Origin: Candidatus Cloacimonadales bacterium
GTDB taxonomy: Bacteria; Cloacimonadota; Cloacimonadia; Cloacimonadales; JAFGVF01
Assembly (NCBI GenBank): GCA_963667035.1
Contig: OY762964.1
Location: 1,792,001-1,856,000, forward strand
Direction: 5' to 3'
Length of the DNA stretch: 64,000 nt
The notes below the pieces were generated by a model that saw only the letters and a list, made by a program, of their open reading frames with translations, did no database searches and had not been told where the DNA came from. The position numbers were made by a program, and so were the translations under genes. Positions 57,687 to 64,000 of this stretch are shown here, in pieces (position 1 is the first letter of the stretch; the number at the start of each line of letters is the position of its first letter).

Positions 57687-58562
57687 ATGAAACATTTGTT
57701 AATAATGATGTTACTGCTATCATCACTTCTATATGCAGAAGAGATTGTTATGTATCCATCCGATGACATGTATACTGATGCTGAACACCCGGGTACTCCC
57801 CCATCTACAACTGAGCTATGGACAGGGAATTATTCTCCTGCAGGTCATTTTGAGAGAACCATGATAAAGTTCGACCTGTCTCAACTCGAAGGATATGAGG
57901 TGGAGAGTGCAAACTTAAGACTCACTCGTTTCTTCAGTTGCCCTTCGGGAGGGACAACAGCAACGATAATCTATCCTCTTACTCAAGACTGGAATGAAAC
58001 TACTTGGCCGTCAACGCAACATGTCTCTTATGATGCCACAATCGGTTATCCTTATGTATTCTCCGGACCTGGTAATACTGTTGATTATGAATTCAATGTT
58101 AATATAACGGAACTTGTTCAGTTGTGGGCTGCGGAAGTAATTGACAATCACGGATTGTTAATCAAAGCTAATGCCAATAACAAATTTAGTAAATTCTACT
58201 CCAAGGAGTATTCTAACACTTCATTCAGGCCTGAGCTAACTGTAAATGCTAATCCTGTAAGCAATGAAGAAGAGACTATATCAACTGTCATTTCATATAT
58301 CGGTAACTATCCTAATCCTTTCAATCCTTCAACATCAATTGAGTTAAACCTGAAGGAGAAATCAGAAGTCTCAATAAGTATCTTTGATATTAAAGGGAGA
58401 AGAATAAACACCTTAGTGAATGATGTGCTTTCTTCCGGTAGACATTTATTTAAATGGAATGGTATTGATTCTAACGGTAAAGCACTACCAAGTGGAATTT
58501 ATCTCTATCGAGTAAAAACATATAACTCGGTTATAACGAAAAAAATGACCTTAATGAAGTAA
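57687..58562 (+). CDS. Secreted DNRLRE-like domain protein with FlgD-Ig C-terminal domain
   Basis: R.MIKFDLS..VESA.L.L, W.E..W, NHG, F.S.E...RP.L; NYPNPFNPST..W.G.D..G..LPSG.YLY..KM.L.K. Confidence 0.75.
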   Translation: MKHLLIMMLLLSSLLYAEEIVMYPSDDMYTDAEHPGTPPSTTELWTGNYSPAGHFERTMIKFDLSQLEGYEVESANLRLTRFFSCPSGGTTATIIYPLTQDWNETTWPSTQHVSYDATIGYPYVFSGPGNTVDYEFNVNITELVQLWAAEVIDNHGLLIKANANNKFSKFYSKEYSNTSFRPELTVNANPVSNEEETISTVISYIGNYPNPFNPSTSIELNLKEKSEVSISIFDIKGRRINTLVNDVLSSGRHLFKWNGIDSNGKALPSGIYLYRVKTYNSVITKKMTLMK

Positions 58563-58563
58563 C

Positions 58564-59022
58564 ATGAAACGATTAATGAACCTATCGCTGATACTGTCTT
58601 TTAGTTTACTAACGGCAATTGATTTTAAACACAATGAGAAACTAATATCATCTGTTCTTAAACTTGATCCTAATAGCTTTCGTGCTGATCCTGAAGGAAT
58701 TTACACTCCCATTGAAAGCAAAGACTATCAGTATTTGATTTTTACTAATGACTTCTCAGAGATATATGGATTTAATGGACTGACAAATGTCGCTGTCTTC
58801 CTCGATAGTACTTTTGCGGTAACAAACCTTAGTATTGTCGAAAGCGAGGATACACGTACCTATGTCAGAAGAGTAAAACGTAGGAAATTCCTTAATCAGT
58901 TTATTGGCTTTGGGTATAGTGGTGATATTGTGCCTGTTACAGGTGCAACAATAACTTCCGATGCTGTTAAAGAATCCGTAAAAACAAGCATTAATAAACT
59001 GAAACAACTCATTAAGAATTAG
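58564..59022 (+). CDS. Exported FMN-binding (flavinylation motif) protein
   Basis: Signal-like N-terminus; GFNG, E.EDT, FLNQF.G and VTGATITS.AV ([S/T]GAT flavinylation motif). Confidence 0.8.
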   Translation: MKRLMNLSLILSFSLLTAIDFKHNEKLISSVLKLDPNSFRADPEGIYTPIESKDYQYLIFTNDFSEIYGFNGLTNVAVFLDSTFAVTNLSIVESEDTRTYVRRVKRRKFLNQFIGFGYSGDIVPVTGATITSDAVKESVKTSINKLKQLIKN

Positions 59023-59027
59023 TACCG

Positions 59028-59074
59028 AGAGCTTGCCACTTATCCGCTTTCTCTCTCCGGCAAGCTCTATTTTT
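59028..59074 (+). terminator. Possible terminator after the FMN-binding gene
   Basis: AGAGCTTGCC ... GGCAAGCTCT followed by ATTTTT; 21-nt loop. Confidence 0.5.
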
Positions 59075-59165
59075 CTTATGAACGTCAATTAATTAATAAT
59101 AAACAATAAAACAACTACCAATATGATGGTTTTGGAATCATTCTGATCATTTTAAGGAAGAATAT

Positions 59166-60977
59166 ATGGAAATTCTTTGGTCCTTTGTAAAGGGGAAAAA
59201 ACTCCAATTTATTATGACAGCAATCTTAGCTACAATTGGAGCTATATTATCAATTTTCCCATTTGTATTAATCTATAAACTTATCTCTCTATTTATGGAA
59301 AAAGGTAAGAATATTACAATTGAAGAAATTACGACTATTCTGCTAATAACAATGGGAGCTATACTTTTAAAGTACTTATTTACTATAGCGTCGTTTGTTT
59401 TTAGCCATATTGCAGCTTTCGATCTCTTATACTCTCTAAGAACAAAGCTTACGACTCATCTTGGTAAGCTCCCGATGGGATTCTGGACAAAAAATAGCTC
59501 AGGCAAAGTACGCAAAATAATCCAAGAAGATGTTGAGCGAATAGAGCTCTTTGTAGCTCATCATTTACCTGATACAATATCCGGTGTAGCATTACCACTA
59601 GTAACAGTTATTTTCCTAGCCTTTATTGATTGGAGAATGGCTTTAGTTACTTTAATTCCCCTTCCAATAGGTTTTTTAATGGTCAAACTGATGTATTCAG
59701 GCGTTGCAATGAGTGAAGGTGGTAGAAAGGAGTTATGGGAAAGGTATCATAAATCTGTCGAAGATATGCACTCAACTATTGTTGAATTTGTTGAAGGGAT
59801 GCCTGTTGTTAAAGCTTTTACGATGACTGTACGCTCTTTTCAAAGACTACAATCGTCTGTATATAGCTATAGAGATTTCACAGTTAAAATGTCAAAAACA
59901 CAAACTCCGTTTTATGCAGTTTTTACTGCAATGACTATCGGAGGAGGACTCTTTATTATCCCCTTTGGCTTGTATTTTATGAAATCAGGATCGTTAGATA
60001 TACCAACTTTTTTAATGTTTCTTACTCTTGGTTGTGGTTGTTTTCATCAATTTGTCAAAGTAATGATGATTACAGGACATATGGAGATTATCTTTGCAGG
60101 GGGAAGAAGAATAGATTCTATTCTTAAAGAAATACCACTATCGGAACCCTCAATTCCACAGATACCCGAAGCGAAAACAATTCAAATATCCAATCTAAGT
60201 TTTAAATATGATAAGAAGGGTAGAGATATTCTGAAAGATATAAATCTTACTATTCCGGAGAACAGCTTTGTTGCAATAGTCGGACCTAGTGGCTCAGGTA
60301 AGTCTACAATGGTTAATTTGATAGCTAGAATGTGGGATGTTTCAGTTGGTAGCATCTCGATTGGAGAAAAGAATTTAAAGGATATTGGTACTTATGGGAT
60401 TAATCAAATAGTTGGAACTGTGTTTCAAGAAGTTAAAATCCTTACCGACACAGTATTCAATAATATAAGAATGGATAAAACTGATGCTTCTATTGAAGAG
60501 GTTATCAATGCTGCTAAAATAGCAAATGTACACGATTTTATCAGGCAATTACCAAAGGGATACGATACGGTAATCGGCGAAGGAGGAGAAGCTCATCTTA
60601 GTGGAGGTGAAAAACAACGAATTTCTTTAGCAAGAGTAGCTTTGAAAAATCCACCAATAGTTCTTCTTGATGAAGCAAGTTGCTATGCGGATGCCGATAA
60701 TGAAGTCAAGATTCAGCAAGCATTCTCAAAACTAATGAAGAATAAGACGGTTGTAGTAATTGCACATCGATTATCCACTATTGTAAAAGCTGATAAAATA
60801 ATCGTGGTTAATAATGGAAGAATTGATGAATCTGGAACCCACTTCGAATTATTAAAAAAGAACGGGCTCTATGCCAGAATGTGGAAGATACATACTCGCT
60901 CTTCGGATTGGAAAATTGAAAATAAACAGAAAAATCTGTTTGAAGCTACACAAGAAGGAGGGAATCATGAAGAATAG
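59166..60977 (+). CDS. ABC transporter TMD+NBD, IrtA/YbtP-like half
   Basis: SH.AAF.LL..LR.....HL..LP.G, E.F.AH..PD, GPSGSGKS, LSGGEKQR, LDEA. Confidence 0.85.
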   Translation: MEILWSFVKGKKLQFIMTAILATIGAILSIFPFVLIYKLISLFMEKGKNITIEEITTILLITMGAILLKYLFTIASFVFSHIAAFDLLYSLRTKLTTHLGKLPMGFWTKNSSGKVRKIIQEDVERIELFVAHHLPDTISGVALPLVTVIFLAFIDWRMALVTLIPLPIGFLMVKLMYSGVAMSEGGRKELWERYHKSVEDMHSTIVEFVEGMPVVKAFTMTVRSFQRLQSSVYSYRDFTVKMSKTQTPFYAVFTAMTIGGGLFIIPFGLYFMKSGSLDIPTFLMFLTLGCGCFHQFVKVMMITGHMEIIFAGGRRIDSILKEIPLSEPSIPQIPEAKTIQISNLSFKYDKKGRDILKDINLTIPENSFVAIVGPSGSGKSTMVNLIARMWDVSVGSISIGEKNLKDIGTYGINQIVGTVFQEVKILTDTVFNNIRMDKTDASIEEVINAAKIANVHDFIRQLPKGYDTVIGEGGEAHLSGGEKQRISLARVALKNPPIVLLDEASCYADADNEVKIQQAFSKLMKNKTVVVIAHRLSTIVKADKIIVVNNGRIDESGTHFELLKKNGLYARMWKIHTRSSDWKIENKQKNLFEATQEGGNHEE

Positions 60978-62700
60978 TGTTTTCTCTGAATACAAAAGTA
61001 AAATTATTGGCATAGTAATTGGAAATATTATTACTAATTTTCCTAGAGGATTCTTCAATGGAGTAATCTACTTTTTAATTCTTGGTTTAACGATTCCCAG
61101 TTTATCAGGAGATGCTGTAGATTTCGGTAAGTTAAACAGCTATTATATCATGTATCTTGTTGCTTTCTTTGTGTACATCCTCTTTTCAATCCTGAGTTCA
61201 ATCAATACTTTTGTCCAAAGCTATGGGATAAGCTCTGATATAAGAATGAAGTTAGGCGAGAAATTACGTAAATTATCATTAGGTTTTTTTAAAGATAATG
61301 ACCCGGGAGACGTTACTTCAAGAATGCTACATGATGTATCGAAAGCTGAAGAAACGCTTTCTCATTACATAATTGATTATATCAACGGTTTAATCATACC
61401 AATATTAATTGGTATATTCTTAGCTTTTGTTAACTACAAGCTCAGTTTAATTCTTCCGGTTACCATTATCATATCATTTGCTTTCTTCTATATCGCTAAG
61501 AGGATTATCAATGTAATGGGTAAAAAGCATCTTCAAGTTATAAATCAAACATCATCAAGAATACTTGAATACACAAGTTCAATAAAGCTTCTTAAATCAT
61601 TTAATATGGTCGGTGAAAGTTTTAACGAATTGGATAAATCATTACTTAAACTAAAGAAACTCAGCTTTAAAACAGAGGTCTGGTCCGGTATACCGGTTCA
61701 AATAGCATTACTCATACTTGATTTTGGTTATCTTATAATGTTATTCTATGGTGCAAAGATGTGTGTATCAGGATTGTTAGGAATTCCTGAGTTCTTTACC
61801 TATGCAATTCTTGGATTCTACTTCTTTGAGCCCGTGAAACAGGTAGGTATATCGGTTGTTCTTATGCGTCACGCAAAAAACTCTCTGGATAGAATAGATG
61901 ATATTCTTTCAAAAGAAGAATCAGATTATTATAAAAACCAACAACTTTCGGATGAAAATAGTATTGAATTTAAAGATGTCACTTTTACTTATAATGACAC
62001 TCCTGTTCTTAAAAACATCAGTTGTAACTTCCCTCAAAAAAGTATGACGGCACTTGTCGGTATCTCAGGTGCAGGCAAGACAACTATAACAAGTTTGATA
62101 GCAAGATTCTGGGAAATTCAGAAAGGAATCATCACACTAGGTGGAATCAATATTAAGAAAATAAAACCTGAGTTACTTCTTTCAAAGATATCAATGGTTT
62201 TCCAAGATGTGTATCTTTTTAATGATACAATTCTTAACAACATTCGTGTTGGAGACCTCAAAGCTACTGATGAAGAAGTTATCCAAGCGGCGAAACTTGC
62301 TCAATGCCACAATTTCATCAGCACTTTACCTAAGGGATATAATACGCTTGTAAGTGAAGGAGGAAGATCTCTTTCCGGAGGAGAAAAACAGAGAATCTCG
62401 ATAGCCCGTGCGATCCTTAAAAAAGCAGATGTAATCCTACTGGATGAAGCTACAGCATCTTTAGATCCTGAGAATGAAAATGAAATACAACTGGCTCTTG
62501 ATAATCTTACAAAAGATAAAACTATCATTGTAATCGCACATAAGTTTTCCTCAATCATGAATGCAGATAATATTCTTGTCCTAAATGAAGGCAAGATTAT
62601 CGAAAGTGGAAAGCATACAGAGCTAATAATGAAAGATGGATTGTATCGTAAACTCTGGAACTTACAGAAACAATCCGGTAGTTGGAAGATGGTAAACTAA
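60967..62700 (+). CDS. ABC transporter TMD+NBD, IrtB/YbtQ-like half
   Basis: R..LGEKLRKL.LG.F, GISGAGKT, MVFQDVYLF, LSGGEKQR, DEATASLDPENE; start at ATG 60967 after GGAGG. Confidence 0.85.
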   Translation: MKNSVFSEYKSKIIGIVIGNIITNFPRGFFNGVIYFLILGLTIPSLSGDAVDFGKLNSYYIMYLVAFFVYILFSILSSINTFVQSYGISSDIRMKLGEKLRKLSLGFFKDNDPGDVTSRMLHDVSKAEETLSHYIIDYINGLIIPILIGIFLAFVNYKLSLILPVTIIISFAFFYIAKRIINVMGKKHLQVINQTSSRILEYTSSIKLLKSFNMVGESFNELDKSLLKLKKLSFKTEVWSGIPVQIALLILDFGYLIMLFYGAKMCVSGLLGIPEFFTYAILGFYFFEPVKQVGISVVLMRHAKNSLDRIDDILSKEESDYYKNQQLSDENSIEFKDVTFTYNDTPVLKNISCNFPQKSMTALVGISGAGKTTITSLIARFWEIQKGIITLGGINIKKIKPELLLSKISMVFQDVYLFNDTILNNIRVGDLKATDEEVIQAAKLAQCHNFISTLPKGYNTLVSEGGRSLSGGEKQRISIARAILKKADVILLDEATASLDPENENEIQLALDNLTKDKTIIVIAHKFSSIMNADNILVLNEGKIIESGKHTELIMKDGLYRKLWNLQKQSGSWKMVN

Positions 62701-62722
62701 CTATATTCATTATAATCCATTC

Positions 62723-62758
62723 AGGCTGTTGGTTAAAATTCATTCCAACAGCCTTTTT
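62723..62758 (+). terminator. Intrinsic terminator after the ABC pair
   Basis: AGGCTGTTGG ... CCAACAGCCT followed by TTTT. Confidence 0.75.
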
Positions 62759-63107
62759 ATTTGTATTTGTAGAACAAATAGTAATTCAAAATATAAAAGA
62801 TAAACTCTTATCCAAAGGTTTAGGATGATTGGGAGATGATTAACAAAGAGAAGTAAGAGACAATACTACAAAGAATTCCTTGTTTTCAAATAGTATAAAT
62901 ATTCAAATACGTATACTATTCAATATCTTTTTCATAGACAGAAATACTTGCAGTTGGTTTTTTGTTATTTGTAATATTATATATAAAGTAGTATATACAG
63001 CTAGCCTCAATTTTTGATAAGAAAATTCTATCAGAACCAATCGTTCTAGAATAGCAAAGGAATCAGGAGTAGGTAAGCAAAGTATAAATAAGTTTTTGGA
63101 GGAATCC

Positions 63108-64000
63108 ATGCAAAAGAAATGGATTGGGATAGGCTGTTTATCAGTTTTAGCCGTTATTGTTCTCTTTTTCTACGGAACATCCCGAATGTTGAAAGGGATA
63201 ACTAAGAACCAGAAGAAAATTACAGAGAATAGTTGGCTGGTTATTGACTTGAAGGGAATGGTAAATGAGCATAGTTTATATGAAGATGACATGTTTGGAC
63301 TAAGTTCAACCGGATTGTCAGATGTAATGGAGAAACTAGCACAAGCAGCTAATGATGAAAAGATTAAGGGAATAGTTATAAAACCCAAGAGTGCTTTTAT
63401 GGGGATGTCACAAGTTAATGAGTTTCATCATTTAATAAAGGAATTCAAGCTGAGTGGCAAGCCTGTTGTTTCATATCTCGATACCGCAGTAGGATCTGAT
63501 TATTTTTTAAGTAGTGCAGCGGATGAAATCTGGTTAAATCCATCCCATTCAGCAGGAATAGTATTAAATGAAGTAGGTGCTACCGTTGTATTCTATAAGG
63601 ATTTACTAGCAAAATTAGGAATTAAAATCAATGTAATTCATGCTGGTAAATACAAGAGTGCGGGAGATTCCTTTTCAAGGACTTCCATGTCTCCGGCAAT
63701 GAAAGAAAGTTATACTGCTGTATTCGAAGAGAGATATAATAAATTGAAGCAATTCATTAGTCAAGCTAGAGATATAACCCCTGAGCAGGCTGATGACATA
63801 TACCAGAAACGTGATAGTTTCTTCATTAAAGGTGATTTTGCTAAAGAGTCAGGTTTAGTAGACGAACTTGGATATGAAGGTGACCTTTATGATAAATACG
63901 GTATTCGTGAAAACAAACTAATCAAGATTTCCGAGTACGGAAAACCTCAATTCCCTTATCCCGGAGATAAAGTGGCTATTGTTTTTGCAGAAGGAGCTAT
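63108..64000 (+). CDS. sppA: Signal peptide peptidase SppA (67K type), N-terminal part only (runs off the window end)
   Basis: Not in the ORF track. GGAGG RBS; MQKKWIGIGCL..AANDEKIKGI..FKLSGKPV..YFLSSAADEI..FYKDLLAKLGI..GKYKSA..GLVDEL. Confidence 0.88.
   Translation, partial: MQKKWIGIGCLSVLAVIVLFFYGTSRMLKGITKNQKKITENSWLVIDLKGMVNEHSLYEDDMFGLSSTGLSDVMEKLAQAANDEKIKGIVIKPKSAFMGMSQVNEFHHLIKEFKLSGKPVVSYLDTAVGSDYFLSSAADEIWLNPSHSAGIVLNEVGATVVFYKDLLAKLGIKINVIHAGKYKSAGDSFSRTSMSPAMKESYTAVFEERYNKLKQFISQARDITPEQADDIYQKRDSFFIKGDFAKESGLVDELGYEGDLYDKYGIRENKLIKISEYGKPQFPYPGDKVAIVFAEGA

Noticed and set aside
19745..59022. Selenocysteine or stop-codon read-through in the redox and iron genes
   Set aside because: The ORFs are full length; the TGA stops examined overlap the next start (ATGA/GTGA coupling) rather than interrupting a domain.

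Overview
AT-rich chromosomal window from an anaerobic diderm bacterium. The LPS genes, FlgD-Ig 'NYPNPFNPST' C-terminal domain, HydCDB module, long urocanase and KamC-like MutS suggest Cloacimonadota or a related FCB lineage; this is inference only. Most of it is housekeeping: trpS, secG-tRNA-Leu, lptD-gmhB-lolE, LPS glycosyltransferases, rsmG-parA-parB, rpsU-yqeY-cvpA-mutS2-dnaG-rpoD-tRNA-Ile2, asd, dinB, purL, hutU and sppA. Five things stand out. (1) The secG-linked tRNA-Leu has an A34 (AAG) anticodon, which is rare in bacteria. (2) A ~10 kb metal-regulated locus joins feoAB to a flavodoxin, DUF2023/DUF2325 proteins, a Cys-bearing porin, a secreted DNRLRE/FlgD protein, a flavinylation-motif protein and an IrtAB/YbtPQ-like ABC pair, under two GTTAG-N6-CTAAC operators. 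It is a candidate undescribed reductive iron-uptake system. (3) A bifurcating-type hydC-(ATPase)-hydD-hydB operon ends without a catalytic subunit, and its HydD has no cysteines. (4) Intergenic arrays show exact 11-bp periodicity and inverted symmetry. (5) Several REP-like palindrome families surround a small accessory islet at 23.1-27.4 kb. No CRISPR array, rRNA, integrase or transposase gene was seen.
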